A DNA stretch of 64,000 nt from Lapillicoccus sp. (GTDB lineage Bacteria > Actinomycetota > Actinomycetes > Actinomycetales > Dermatophilaceae), in NCBI RefSeq assembly GCF_046595215.1, contig NZ_JBKJPP010000126.1, positions 7,355-71,354 of the forward strand. The letters are read 5' to 3'. Position 1 is the first letter of the stretch. Each line of letters opens with the position of its first letter. Shown in pieces: positions 41,279-51,716 of this stretch. The position numbers were made by a program, and so were the translations under genes. The notes beneath the pieces were generated by a model. That model saw only the letters and a list, made by a program, of their open reading frames with translations. It was not told where the DNA came from and searched no databases.

Positions 41279-44136
41279 GCACCCCGATGCGCACGGCTGC
41301 AGGGGGCCGGGTCGAGCGTGACGTCGAGCTGTCCTTCACCTTCGACGGGGTGACCCACACCGGGCACCAGGGGGACACGCTGGCCTCGGCCCTGCTCGCC
41401 AACGGGGTGCACGAGGTGTCGAGCAGCATCCGTCACGGTCGCCCGCGCGGGATCATGGCGGCCGGCGCCGAGGACCCCAATGCGTTGGTGCAGATGGAGG
41501 TTCCCTTCCCGGAGCCAATGCTCACGGCCACGACCATCGAGCTCTTCGACGGCCTCGTCGCCCGCGGTCTCCCCGGCAGGGGCCGGCTGGCCACCGAGCC
41601 GGACCCGGCCCGCTACGACGCGATGCACGCGCACTGCGACGTCCTCGTGGTCGGTGCCGGACCGGCCGGGCTGGCGGCTGCCCTCGTCGCCGCCCGCTCC
41701 GGCTCCCGAGTGGTGCTGCTGGACGACCAGCCCGAAGCGGGCGGCTCCCTCCTCGGCAGCGTCGACCTCATCGACGGACGTCCCGCGCTGGAGTGGGTCG
41801 CGCTGGCGCTGGCGGAGCTGGCCAGCCTCCCCGAGGTCCGCGTCCTGAGGCGGACCACCGCGTTCGGCTTCTATGACGACGGCTTCGTCCTGGCGATCGA
41901 GCGACGCACCGACCACCTGGGCCTCAGGGCCCCGGACCACGTTTCACGCCAACGGATCTGGCGGCTGCGTGCCCGCGAGGTCGTGCTGGCCACCGGGGCC
42001 CACGAGCGTCCGGTCGTGTTCACGGACAACGACCGCCCCGGCATCATGCTCGCCGGCAGCGCCCGCACCTACCTGCACCGCTTCGGCGTCCTCGTCGGAG
42101 AGCGCGCCGTGGTCTTCACCACCAACGACAGCGCCTACGGCGCCGCCGTGGAGCTGTCCGACGCGGGTGTGGAGGTGGCGGCCGTCGTCGACGCCCGACC
42201 CGTCGCGCCCACCCACTGGGTCCAGCAGTGCGAGCGGCGTGGCATCGAGGTGCGCGAGGGGCACGTGGTCACCGGCACGAGCGGCAACAGACGGGTCAGC
42301 CGGGCCCATGTCGCGCGCATGGTCGACGGCGCCCTCGGACCACGGACGGGGCTCGGCTGTGACGTGCTGCTCGTCTCCGGCGGGTGGAACCCGGCGGTCC
42401 ACCTCTACAGCCAGGCCCGGGGACGACTGACCTACGATGACGCCATCGGCGCGTTCCTGCCCGGAGCGCAGGTCAGGGGAGTCGGTGTCGCGGGCGCCGC
42501 AGCAGGGCGGTTCAGCCTGGGGGAGTGCCTGGCCGACGGCGCCGACGCGGGCTCGCGGGCCCTGGCGGCCCTGGGGCTCGACACGCCGCAGTCGGGCACC
42601 GTCCACGAGACCGAGTCGGTCCCGCTCGAGGCGTCGCTGACCCTGTGGTCCGTGCCGGACCCGTCCGAGGTCGACCGGGGGGCGCGGCAGTTCGTCGACC
42701 TGCAGCGCGACGCCACGGTGGCCGACATCCTGCGCGCCACCAGCGCCGGGCTGCGCTCGGTGGAGCACGTGAAGCGCTACACCACCATCGGCACCGCCCA
42801 CGACCAGGGCAAGACCTCGGGGATCATCACGTCCGGGATCGTCGCGGACCGCCTCGGGGTCGAGATCGGCGACCTGGGCACGACGACGTTCCGTCCGCCC
42901 TACACGCCGGTCTCGTTCGTGGCGCTCGCCGGCCGTGACCGGGGGCACCTGCACGACCCGGAGCGGGTCACCCCCCTGCACCGCTCGCACGAGGACGCGG
43001 GGGCCCTGTTCGAGGACGTCGGGCAGTGGAAGCGGCCGTGGTTCTTCCCGCTGACCGGAGAGGACCAAGAGACGGCCGTGCTGCGCGAGTGCGCAGCCGC
43101 CCGGCAGGGGGTGGCGATGATGGATGCCTCGACGCTGGGCAAGATCGAGGCGTCCGGCTCCGGTGCCGCAGAGTTCCTCGACCTCGTCTACACCAACCTC
43201 ATGAGCAGCCTCAAGGTGGGCTCGGTGCGCTACGGCGTGATGTGTGGGGTGGACGGGATGGCCATCGACGACGGCACCGTCATGCGTCTCTCCGCGGACC
43301 GGTTCGTGCTCACGACGACGACCGGCAACGCGGCCACCGTCCTCGACTGGATGGAGGAGTGGCTGCAGACCGAGTGGCCCCACCTCGCCGTCCGGCTCAC
43401 CAGCGTCACCGAGCAGTGGGCCACCGTGGCCCTCGTCGGGCCCCGGTCACGCGAGGTCCTGTCCCGGGTGGCGCCCGACCTGGCCGTCGAGAACGACGCG
43501 TTCCCGTTCATGACCTGGCGCGACGCGGTGGTGGCCGGGCTGGCGGCCCGCGTCTGCCGGATCAGCTTCTCGGGCGAGCTCGCCTTCGAGATCAACGTCA
43601 GCGGCTGGGACGCCGTGAGTCTCTGGGAGGCCCTGCACGTGGCGGGGTCGGACTTCGGCATCACCCCGTATGGCACGCAGGCCATGCACGTGCTGCGAGC
43701 GGAGAAGGGCTACCCGATCATCGGGCAGGACACCGACGGCACGGTGACCCCCCACGATCTCGGCATGGCATGGGTCGTCTCGAAGAAGAAGGCCGACTTC
43801 ATCGGCAAGCGCTCCTTCGCCCGCGCCGACAACAACCGGCCCGACCGCAAGCACCTCGTCGGCCTGCTGCCCGTCCAGCGGGACGTGCTGCTGCCCGAGG
43901 GGTCGCAGCTGATCCAGACCGCCGAGCTGCCGGAGCCCCCCGTCCCGATGCTCGGCCACGTGACCTCCAGCTATCGCAGCGTTGCCCTCGAGGGGACCTT
44001 CGCGCTGGCCCTGGTCAAGGGGGGACGCGACCGGATCGGTGACACCCTCTACGTGCCGATGGGCGAGCAGGTGGTGGCCGTGACGGTCGCCGAACCCGTG
44101 CTCTACGACCCCGAGGGGACCCGCCGTGACGGCTGA
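41275..44136 (+). CDS. soxA: Sarcosine oxidase alpha subunit
   Basis: GDTLASALLANG, VGAGPAGLAAA, KRYTTIGTAHDQGK, ISFSGELAFE, LRAEKGY. Confidence 0.95.
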   Translation: MSTPMRTAAGGRVERDVELSFTFDGVTHTGHQGDTLASALLANGVHEVSSSIRHGRPRGIMAAGAEDPNALVQMEVPFPEPMLTATTIELFDGLVARGLPGRGRLATEPDPARYDAMHAHCDVLVVGAGPAGLAAALVAARSGSRVVLLDDQPEAGGSLLGSVDLIDGRPALEWVALALAELASLPEVRVLRRTTAFGFYDDGFVLAIERRTDHLGLRAPDHVSRQRIWRLRAREVVLATGAHERPVVFTDNDRPGIMLAGSARTYLHRFGVLVGERAVVFTTNDSAYGAAVELSDAGVEVAAVVDARPVAPTHWVQQCERRGIEVREGHVVTGTSGNRRVSRAHVARMVDGALGPRTGLGCDVLLVSGGWNPAVHLYSQARGRLTYDDAIGAFLPGAQVRGVGVAGAAAGRFSLGECLADGADAGSRALAALGLDTPQSGTVHETESVPLEASLTLWSVPDPSEVDRGARQFVDLQRDATVADILRATSAGLRSVEHVKRYTTIGTAHDQGKTSGIITSGIVADRLGVEIGDLGTTTFRPPYTPVSFVALAGRDRGHLHDPERVTPLHRSHEDAGALFEDVGQWKRPWFFPLTGEDQETAVLRECAAARQGVAMMDASTLGKIEASGSGAAEFLDLVYTNLMSSLKVGSVRYGVMCGVDGMAIDDGTVMRLSADRFVLTTTTGNAATVLDWMEEWLQTEWPHLAVRLTSVTEQWATVALVGPRSREVLSRVAPDLAVENDAFPFMTWRDAVVAGLAARVCRISFSGELAFEINVSGWDAVSLWEALHVAGSDFGITPYGTQAMHVLRAEKGYPIIGQDTDGTVTPHDLGMAWVVSKKKADFIGKRSFARADNNRPDRKHLVGLLPVQRDVLLPEGSQLIQTAELPEPPVPMLGHVTSSYRSVALEGTFALALVKGGRDRIGDTLYVPMGEQVVAVTVAEPVLYDPEGTRRDG

Positions 44137-44743
44137 CACGAGGCGGCGGAGCCCGCTCGGGCACCGGGCCGCCGAGCTGGCCGCGAACCCGACCGGCGTG
44201 GGACTGCGTGAGGTGCCGTTCCTCACCCAGCTCGACCTGCGCGTTGACCCGGTCGGGCCCGCCGCCGGCGCCGTGGCGCAGCTCCTCGGGGCTCCCCTCC
44301 CGACGGAGCCGAACACCGCCGTCCGCTCGGGCGAGCTGACGACGATGTGGCTGGGACCGGACGAGTTCCTCGTGGTCGCCCCCGCCGATCCCACGGATGT
44401 GCGCGCCACGGGCTTCGCGACAGCTCTCGGGACCGACCTGCTCCACGCGGTCGAGGGCGAGAACGGCGCCGTCGTGGACGTCTCGGCGCACCGGACCACC
44501 ATCGAGCTGTCCGGGGACCGGGTCCTCGACGTCCTCGCCAAGGGCTGCTCGCTGGACCTGCACCCGAGCGTCTTCACCGTCGGTCGGTGCGAGCAGGTCC
44601 TCCTGGGCCTGGCCCCGGTGCTGCTGCTCGCCCGCGGTGGCGAGCGCCCGGCATACCTCCTGCTCGTGCGGTCCTCGTTCGCGACCTACGTCGCCGACTG
44701 GCTGCTCGACGCGAGCCTGGAGTATGCCGGGAGCGACGACTGA
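44126..44743 (+). CDS. soxG: Sarcosine oxidase gamma subunit
   Basis: LREVPFLTQLDLR, WLGPDEFLV, LAKGCSLDLHP, VRSSFATYVADWL. Confidence 0.92.
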   Translation: MTADTRRRSPLGHRAAELAANPTGVGLREVPFLTQLDLRVDPVGPAAGAVAQLLGAPLPTEPNTAVRSGELTTMWLGPDEFLVVAPADPTDVRATGFATALGTDLLHAVEGENGAVVDVSAHRTTIELSGDRVLDVLAKGCSLDLHPSVFTVGRCEQVLLGLAPVLLLARGGERPAYLLLVRSSFATYVADWLLDASLEYAGSDD

Positions 44744-44756
44744 GCGACGCCGCCCC

Positions 44757-46463
44757 TCAGGTGGTGCTCGGGGCCTGCCGCTGGTGGCGGTAGAACTCGA
44801 CCTCGGCCGGGGGCAGCGGGGTCCTGCCGAGGATGAGGTCGGCGGCCTTCTCGGCCACCATCATCACGGGGGCGTAGATGTTGCCGTTCGTGACGTAGGG
44901 CATCACCGAGGCGTCGACGACCTTGAGGTTCTCCAGCCCGTGCACGCCCATCGTCAGTGGGTCGACGACGGACATCTCGTCGAGCCCCATCTTGAGGGTG
45001 CACGAGGGGTGCAGCGCGGTCTCGCCGTCCTTGCGCACCCAGTCCAGGATCTGCTCGTCGGTCTCGACCTCGGGACCGGGGGAGACCTCGCCGGCGTTGA
45101 ACGGCTCGAAGGCCGGCTGGTTGAGGATGTGCCTGGCCACCCGCACCGACTCGACCCACTCCCGGCGGTCCTGGTCGGTGGAGAGGTAGTTGAAGCGCAG
45201 GAACGGGTGCTCCAGCGGGTCGTTGCTGCGGATCTTCACCGAGCCGATGGCGTCGGAGTACATCGGCCCGACGTGCACCTGATATCCCTCGCCGCCCTCG
45301 GGAGCGGACCCGTCGTAACGCACGGCGATCGGGAGGAAGTGGAACATGAGGTTGGGGTAGGTGACGTCCTCGTTGGAGCGCACGAACGCCCCACCCTCGA
45401 AGTGGTTCGTCGCGCCGGGACCGCGGCGCAGGAAGAGCCAGTTGGCCCCGATCCACGGCTTGTAGACGTGCTTGAGGTACTTCTGCATCGTCACCTTCTG
45501 CCTGCAGGCGTACTGGATGTAGACCTCGAGGTGGTCCTGCAGGTTCTCCCCGACACCGGGTAGGTCGTGCACCACGTCGATCCCGAGCGCCGTCAGCTCG
45601 CCCGCGTTGCCCACGCCCGACAGCTGGAGCAGCTGGGGGGAGTTGATCGCGCCGCCGCACAGCACCACGGTCCCGGCGCGGACCTGCTGGGTCGTGCCCC
45701 GGCGGCCGAGACCGCCGCGGCGGCTGCGGCGGTACTCCACGCCCACGGCGGCCTTACCCTCGAAGAGGATCTTCGTCGCCATGGCCCCGGTGAGCACGGT
45801 GAGGTTGGGACGGCCCATCACCGGGTGGAGATAGGCCCGGGCGGCCGAGAGCCGGCGGCCGCGTCGGATGTTGCGGTCGAAGGCGGCAAAGCCCTCCTGC
45901 CGGTAGCCGTTGACGTCGTCGGTGCGGGCATAGCCGGCCTGCTCCCCGGCCCGGAAGAACGCCCGGAACAACGGGTTCGTCGCGGGACCGCGCTCAAGTG
46001 CCAACGGGCCGTCGTGCCCGCGGAAGACGTCGTCCGCGTCGGAGGCGAGGCAGCTCTCCATCCGGTTGAAGTAGGGCAGGCAGTGGGCGTAGTCCCACGT
46101 CTGCATCCCCGGGTCGGCGGCCCAGCGCTCGTAGTCGAGCGGGTTGCCGCGCTGGAAGATCATCCCGTTGATGCTGCTCGACCCGCCCAGGACCTTGCCG
46201 CGGGCGTGATAGATCCGCCGGCCGTTCAGGTGGGGCTCGGGCTCGGAGCGGTACCTCCAGTCGTAGAACCGGCTGCCGATGGGGAAGGGCAGCGCCGCCG
46301 GCATGTGGATGAACACGTCCCAGAGGGAGTCGTTGCGGCCGGCTTCGAGGACGAGCACCGAGTGGGCCGGGTCCGCGGACAGCCGGTTCGCGAGGGCGCA
46401 CCCGGCCGAGCCGCCGCCGACGATGACGAAGTCGTATGCCGTGGCCATCGGGGGCGAGGTCAT
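44757..46463 (-). CDS. betA: Choline dehydrogenase (GMC oxidoreductase)
   Basis: [56 protein letters not shown]. Confidence 0.92.
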   Translation of the reverse strand: MTSPPMATAYDFVIVGGGSAGCALANRLSADPAHSVLVLEAGRNDSLWDVFIHMPAALPFPIGSRFYDWRYRSEPEPHLNGRRIYHARGKVLGGSSSINGMIFQRGNPLDYERWAADPGMQTWDYAHCLPYFNRMESCLASDADDVFRGHDGPLALERGPATNPLFRAFFRAGEQAGYARTDDVNGYRQEGFAAFDRNIRRGRRLSAARAYLHPVMGRPNLTVLTGAMATKILFEGKAAVGVEYRRSRRGGLGRRGTTQQVRAGTVVLCGGAINSPQLLQLSGVGNAGELTALGIDVVHDLPGVGENLQDHLEVYIQYACRQKVTMQKYLKHVYKPWIGANWLFLRRGPGATNHFEGGAFVRSNEDVTYPNLMFHFLPIAVRYDGSAPEGGEGYQVHVGPMYSDAIGSVKIRSNDPLEHPFLRFNYLSTDQDRREWVESVRVARHILNQPAFEPFNAGEVSPGPEVETDEQILDWVRKDGETALHPSCTLKMGLDEMSVVDPLTMGVHGLENLKVVDASVMPYVTNGNIYAPVMMVAEKAADLILGRTPLPPAEVEFYRHQRQAPSTT

Positions 46464-46530
46464 GGGCTTCCTCCACACAGTCGGGCGCCGGGTGCGGGGC
46501 AGCACCCCCGGGGCACCAGTCTAGGGCGTC

Positions 46531-46602
46531 GTCCCAGATTGCGCACCAGGTCGCACGATCCGCAACAGAGCTCCGGATTGCTACAGTTGCGTCATGAGCA
46601 AC
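46531..46602. promoter_or_regulatory. betA/iclR divergent region with operator boxes
   Basis: Near-perfect dyad GTTGCGTCATGAGCAAC (46586-46602) covers the iclR ATG; minus-strand pair GTTGCGGATCGTGCGAC (46566 down) and GGTGCGCAATCTGGGAC (46547 down), 19 bp apart. Confidence 0.7.
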
Positions 46603-47400
46603 AACCCGCCGAAGGCGCCGAGATCCGCAAAGACCGCGGACTCCGGCGGGGGCGTCCAGTCGGTCGACCGGGCCGTGAGCGTCCTGGAGATCCTGGCCCG
46701 GCGCGGCGGCGCCGGCGTCAGTGAGGTGGCGGCGGACATCGGTGTGCACAAGTCGACCGCCTTCCGCCTCCTGGGAGCCCTCGAGGCGCGTGGGCTGGTC
46801 GAGCAGAACCAGGAACGCGGCAAGTACCACCTGGGGTTCGGCATCCTGCGGCTGGCCAGCGCCATCCCGGGCCGCCTCGACCTCGTCCGGCAGGCCCGAC
46901 CCGTCCTCGACGAGCTGGCGGCCGACTTCGACGAGACCGTCAACCTCGCGGTCATCCGCTCGCACTACGTCGTGAACGTCGACCAGGCCCAGGGTTTCGC
47001 GGCCGTGGCGGCCCAGAACTGGCTGGGCCAGCTGACGCCGCTGCACGCCACCTCGAGCGGGAAGGTGCTGCTGGCCCACCTCGAACGCCACGAGCGGGAC
47101 GCCCTGCTGGACGCGGCCGGCACCGAGCGCTTCACCGAGCACACCATCACCGACCGCACCGAGCTCGCGTCCGCGCTGGACCGCGCGCTCACCGACGGCC
47201 TCGCCACGACGGTCGAGGAGTACGAGGCGGGGCTGAACGCCATGGCGGTGCCGGTCTGCGACCACACGGGCACGGTGGTGGGAGCGATCAGCGTGTCCGG
47301 TCCGGCCTACCGTCTCGACGAGGCCCGGATGAAGGACCTCGCGCAGCGGCTCATCGACGGCGGTCGGCAGATCAGCGACCGGATGGGCCACCTCACCTGA
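46594..47400 (+). CDS. IclR-family transcriptional regulator
   Basis: VQSVDRAVSVLEIL, GVHKSTAFRLL, PLHATSSGKVLLA, AISVSGPAYRL. Confidence 0.93.
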   Translation: MSNNPPKAPRSAKTADSGGGVQSVDRAVSVLEILARRGGAGVSEVAADIGVHKSTAFRLLGALEARGLVEQNQERGKYHLGFGILRLASAIPGRLDLVRQARPVLDELAADFDETVNLAVIRSHYVVNVDQAQGFAAVAAQNWLGQLTPLHATSSGKVLLAHLERHERDALLDAAGTERFTEHTITDRTELASALDRALTDGLATTVEEYEAGLNAMAVPVCDHTGTVVGAISVSGPAYRLDEARMKDLAQRLIDGGRQISDRMGHLT

Positions 47401-47570
47401 GCGAACGGCCCACGTCGCGGGCGGTCTCATGCTCTTCCCGCCATGGCCTGGACGGGGCATGTCGGCCCGTCCCGGTTGGGGAACAGGGACGAGACCGGTC
47501 ACCACGCTATCGACCTCTCCCGGAGTGAAACGAGACCAAAGTCCCCACTCCGCACGGACGGACATACCTC

Positions 47571-48719
47571 TCAGGGGCGTGGCGTCGAGCGGACGGCGTC
47601 CCCACCGACCTGCTGGTGCACCCAGTCGTGGAACTTGGCGATGTGGTGCTCACTCGGCACGAGCACGCCGCCGTCGCGGTAGAGGCGCGAACTCATCGAC
47701 GGCTGGCACCGCTCGCAGGCGTCGAAGTCCTGCTGGTTGACCCGGTCGAAGAGCTGGACCGATGCCGTGAGGTCGACGCCGCTCTCGACGACCCCGGGCA
47801 GGAAGAGCCAGTCGCACTCGACGACGGTGCGGTCCGGCGCCAGGGGATACATGCGGTGGAAGATGACGTGGTCAGGGACGAGGTTGATGAAGACCTGCGG
47901 CTTGACCGTGACCGCGAAGTAGCGTCGGTCCTGCCCGTCATCGACCGTCGGGATCGCCTCGACGCCGGGGGAGCCGTCGATGGTGAAGCCCTGGATGTCC
48001 TCACCGAACTGCGCCCCGTGACCCACGAAGTACTGCGCCGCGTAGCCGTCCGCGAACTCGGGCAGGACCTCGGTCAGCTCGGGGTGGATGGTGGCGCAGT
48101 GGTAGCACTCCATGAAGTTCTCGACGATGAGCTTCCAGTTCGCCCCGACGTCGTAGCTGATCCGGCGGCCGACCCGCAGGTCCTCGACGCCGTAGCGCTC
48201 GAGGGCGCCGAGGTCGCCGAGCCGCTCGACGACCTCCTGCAGGACGGTCGACTCGAACGACGGCGGGTCGCTGGCCAGGCACACCCACACGTAGCCGAGC
48301 CACTCCCGCACGGCGATCGGCGCCAGGCCGTACTGGACCCGGTCGATGTCGGGCATCTTGGTGAGGTTCGGGGCGGCGATGAGCTTGCCGTCGAAGTCGT
48401 AGGTCCACGCGTGGTACGGGCACTGGAACGAGCGCTGGGCCTGCCCCGACTCCTCCGTGCACAGCCGGGCGCCCCGGTGCCGACAGACGTTGAAGTAGGC
48501 CCTCGGCTCGCCTCCGCGGTTGCGCGTCAGCAGCACGCTCTCGCGCCCGACGGTCACCGTCCTGAAGGACCCGGGGCCGGTCAGCTCGCTGGCACGGGCC
48601 GCACAGAACCACATCTTCTCGAAGATGTGCTCCTGCTCGGCCGCGAAGAACCCCGCGTCGGTGTAGTCCCTGCCGGGCAGGGTGGGGATGAGGCTCGCGG
48701 GCGTTTCGATGAGGGTCAC
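47571..48719 (-). CDS. Rieske non-haem iron oxygenase alpha subunit, glycine betaine demethylase (GbcA/BmoA)-like
   Basis: NVCRHRG..CPYHAW Rieske motif, NWKLIVENFMECYHCATIHPEL, QQDFDACE; substrate inferred from context. Confidence 0.8.
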   Translation of the reverse strand: MTLIETPASLIPTLPGRDYTDAGFFAAEQEHIFEKMWFCAARASELTGPGSFRTVTVGRESVLLTRNRGGEPRAYFNVCRHRGARLCTEESGQAQRSFQCPYHAWTYDFDGKLIAAPNLTKMPDIDRVQYGLAPIAVREWLGYVWVCLASDPPSFESTVLQEVVERLGDLGALERYGVEDLRVGRRISYDVGANWKLIVENFMECYHCATIHPELTEVLPEFADGYAAQYFVGHGAQFGEDIQGFTIDGSPGVEAIPTVDDGQDRRYFAVTVKPQVFINLVPDHVIFHRMYPLAPDRTVVECDWLFLPGVVESGVDLTASVQLFDRVNQQDFDACERCQPSMSSRLYRDGGVLVPSEHHIAKFHDWVHQQVGGDAVRSTPRP

Positions 48720-49951
48720 GGACGCTCCTGGGAGGGGGACGACAGCTGCGGGTGGGTGACGACGGGACGCTGCAGAGCAGGTATGCCGGGCAGCTGGCGC
48801 CGCCACCGGCTGAACTGGCGCACCTGGTTCACGCCGAGGACGGCGACGAGCTCGCCCTCGGTGCGGTAGGTCGCGAGGAAGCTGCGCTCGGCGGGGTCGC
48901 CGATCTCGATCGTGACCGCCTCGGAGCCTTGAGCCGACCCGGCGAACTGGATGCAGGCGTCGTACTGGTCGGACCAGAAGTAGGGCGGGCGGGTGCTGGC
49001 GCCCGTGCTGCTTCCGGAGAGCAGGCTTGCCACCGCGACCTTGGGTCGCTCCAGCGCCTCGGTCCAGTGCTCCACGCGACGGCGGCGGCCCGATGCGCCC
49101 TCGAGCCACGCCGCGCAGTCGCCGACCGCGACGATGCCGGGCCGGTTGGTCAGGCCGCCGGCGTCGCAGAGGATGCCGTCGCCGAGCTCGAGGCCGGAGC
49201 CCTCGAGCCACTCGATGTTGGGCACTGCGCCGATCCCGATGAGGACGACGTCGGCAGGCAGCAGCCGACCGTCGGCGAGCTCCACGCCGTCGACCCGGCC
49301 GGTGCCAGTGAGCCGGCGCACCCCGGCCCCGCAGACCAGGGTGACGCCGTGGTCGGTGTGCAGCTGCGCGACCACCGACCCCATCTCGACGCCGAGGGGG
49401 CCGGAGAGCGGGGTGGGCATGGCCTCGACGACGGTGACCTCGAGGCCGAGTGACCGCGCGGTGGACGCCGTCTCGGCCCCGATGAACCCGGCGCCGACGA
49501 CGACCAGTCGCCGTCCGGGGAGCAGCTCCTGTCGCAGGGCGAGGGCGTCGTCGAGGCTGCGGAGGGTGTGCACGCCGGCCAGGCCGGTCGCGTCGGCCAC
49601 GCCGGCCGCGTCGGGGAGGGTCCTCGCACGGGCACCAGTCGCGACGACGATGCCGTCCGCTGTGAGCTCGGACCCGTCGGAGAGGGTCAGCGTGCGGGTG
49701 CCCGCGTCGAGGCTGGTGGCCCGCAGCCCGAGCAGCCACCGCGCGTCGAGGTCGTCGTCCTCGTCCTCGAGCGCCAGGTCGGCGACGTCCACACGGCCGG
49801 CGAGGAAGGCCTTGGACAACGGTGGCCGGTCATAGGGGCGGTGGGGCTCGTCACCGACGAGGACCAGCTCACCGGCGAACCCCTGGGCGCGCAGGGCGCG
49901 CGCCGCCGAGAGGCCGGCCAAGGAGGCGCCGACGACGACGACGCGCTGCAT
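48716..49951 (-). CDS. Ferredoxin-NAD(P)+ reductase (FAD-dependent)
   Basis: VVGASLAG, YDRPPLSK, VGAGFIGAE, AVGDCA, PYFWSDQY. Confidence 0.9.
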   Translation of the reverse strand: MQRVVVVGASLAGLSAARALRAQGFAGELVLVGDEPHRPYDRPPLSKAFLAGRVDVADLALEDEDDDLDARWLLGLRATSLDAGTRTLTLSDGSELTADGIVVATGARARTLPDAAGVADATGLAGVHTLRSLDDALALRQELLPGRRLVVVGAGFIGAETASTARSLGLEVTVVEAMPTPLSGPLGVEMGSVVAQLHTDHGVTLVCGAGVRRLTGTGRVDGVELADGRLLPADVVLIGIGAVPNIEWLEGSGLELGDGILCDAGGLTNRPGIVAVGDCAAWLEGASGRRRRVEHWTEALERPKVAVASLLSGSSTGASTRPPYFWSDQYDACIQFAGSAQGSEAVTIEIGDPAERSFLATYRTEGELVAVLGVNQVRQFSRWRRQLPGIPALQRPVVTHPQLSSPSQERP

Positions 49952-50334
49952 CAGCGGGGGCCTGCGCCGCGGGGGACGATCGCCTGGGCCCGACCCGTCG
50001 CCGCCAGGCCCGGCGGCAGGTTGGGCTCCTCGGTGGACAGCTCGACATAGATCTGGTCGCCGTCGACGACGACCCGGTGAGTGCGCACCGCACGCTTGGC
50101 TGGAGGGGCGTCCACCCGCCCGGTGCGCAGGTCGAACCTCGACGCGTGCAGGGGGCACTCGACCGCGCACCCCTCGAGCCAGCCGTCGGCCAGCGATGCG
50201 TCCTGGTGGGTGCAGGTGTCGTCGATGGCGAACAGCTCGCCCTCCTCGGTGTGGAACACGGCGATGGGAGGCGTGATGACGACCCGGAGCGCAGCACCGG
50301 GCAACAGTGCCGCAAGGGGGCAGACCAACAACAT
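49951..50334 (-). CDS. Rieske-type [2Fe-2S] ferredoxin
   Basis: DTCTHQDASLADG, VECPLHASRFDLRTG; ATG 50334 after GAGGTG. Confidence 0.9.
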   Translation of the reverse strand: MLLVCPLAALLPGAALRVVITPPIAVFHTEEGELFAIDDTCTHQDASLADGWLEGCAVECPLHASRFDLRTGRVDAPPAKRAVRTHRVVVDGDQIYVELSTEEPNLPPGLAATGRAQAIVPRGAGPR

Positions 50335-50349
50335 CTCAGGGATCACCTC

Positions 50350-50415
50350 GGTGCATATGACACAACTAGGAGCGCACTACGCAACAGGATCGGCCATGGC
50401 GGAGGGAGGTGTCAA
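50350..50415 (-). promoter_or_regulatory. Rieske operon promoter with two boxes at 19-bp period
   Basis: Minus strand: TTGACA (50415-50410), GTTGCGTAGTGCGCTCC (from 50385), GTTGTGTCATATGCACC (from 50366). Confidence 0.7.
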
Positions 50416-50492
50416 GCGGACGCGTCACCCGTCTCGCGCTCGCGGCGGTGTCGGTGGCGGCCGGTGTCGGTCCCCGGTGCCACGGTGGGCCC

Positions 50493-51686
50493 ATGGACCT
50501 CCTCATCGGGCTCGGCGGACTGGCTCTCGGCGTCATGCTGGCCACGCTCATCCTGCACTCGCGGTATGCCGTGCCGCTCGCCACCGCGACGGCGGAGCGC
50601 GACTTCCTGCGCGAGCGCGTCGTCGACCTCGAGGCCACGGTGAGTGCCGACTCGGAGACGGCCCAGATGATCGCGCCGCTGCGCTCGAGCCTCGAGCGGG
50701 TCGAGAGGCAGGTCCACGACCTCGAGCGGGAGCGGGTGGCCCAGTTCTCGACGGTGGCCGCCGAGCTGACCCGGGTGCGGTCCTCGACTGCCGAGCTGCG
50801 CTCCCAGACCGCGTCCCTGGTGGGGTCGCTCAACGCGTCCACGGTGCGGGGATCATGGGGTGAGGTGCAGCTGAGCCGGGTGCTCGAGCACTCGGGGATG
50901 CTCTCGCGGTGCGACTTTGACGAGCAGGTGAGCGCGACGACCGCCGACGGGGGCACCGTGCGGCCCGACGTCGTGGTCCACCTCCCCGGTGGCAAGGACC
51001 TCGTCATCGACGCCAAGGTCCCGATGACCGCCTTCCTCCGCGCGCAGGCGGACGGGCTGACCACCCAGGAGCGCGGCGACCAGCTGGTGGCCCATGCCAA
51101 AGCCCTGCGGTCGCACGTCGACGCCCTGGCGGCCAAGGCCTACTGGAGCGCGCTGCCGCTGACCCCCGAGATGGTGGTCTGCTTCGTTCCGGGCGACGCG
51201 ATCCTCACCGCGGCCCTGGCCCACGACCCAGACCTGCACGAGCACGCGATGCGCCGGCGCGTCGTCCTCGCCTCGCCGGCCACGCTCCTGGCGCTGCTCC
51301 GCACGGTCGCGTTCACCTGGCAGCAGGAGGCGCTCGCGAGCAACGCCCGCGAGCTGCTCGAGGTGGGCCGCGAGCTCTACGAACGCCTCAGCGGGCTCGG
51401 GCAGCATGCCAGCCGGATGGGGTCAGCGCTGCAGCGCTCGGTCGAGGCCTACAATGGCTTCATCGGCTCCCTCGAAGCCCGGGTGCTGGTCACCGCCCGC
51501 CGGATGCACGAGCTCGGGGTCGTCGAGCGCCCGCTCGAGCCGCTCCACCCCGTGACGACGCCCAGCAGGCCCCTGACCGCGGTGGAGCTGCTCGAGGCCC
51601 TGGAGCCCGAGGTGGCGCGCCCTGAGCTCGATCTGGAGTCAACAGCCGACGAGCCGGCCACCCTGCGAGCCGAGCGTCAGGCCTGA
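50493..51686 (+). CDS. rmuC: DNA recombination protein RmuC
   Basis: N-terminal TM, coiled coil, RGSWGEVQL, RPDVVVHLP, IDAKVP, FVPGDA, SPATLLALLR. Confidence 0.9.
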   Translation: MDLLIGLGGLALGVMLATLILHSRYAVPLATATAERDFLRERVVDLEATVSADSETAQMIAPLRSSLERVERQVHDLERERVAQFSTVAAELTRVRSSTAELRSQTASLVGSLNASTVRGSWGEVQLSRVLEHSGMLSRCDFDEQVSATTADGGTVRPDVVVHLPGGKDLVIDAKVPMTAFLRAQADGLTTQERGDQLVAHAKALRSHVDALAAKAYWSALPLTPEMVVCFVPGDAILTAALAHDPDLHEHAMRRRVVLASPATLLALLRTVAFTWQQEALASNARELLEVGRELYERLSGLGQHASRMGSALQRSVEAYNGFIGSLEARVLVTARRMHELGVVERPLEPLHPVTTPSRPLTAVELLEALEPEVARPELDLESTADEPATLRAERQA

Positions 51687-51716
51687 ACGAGCGCTGCTTC
51701 GGACAGTCGAGCCCTC

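Noticed and set aside
47571-50334. Aromatic ring-hydroxylating dioxygenase pathway
   Set aside because: No beta subunit, dihydrodiol dehydrogenase or ring-cleavage gene; shares operators with betaine genes
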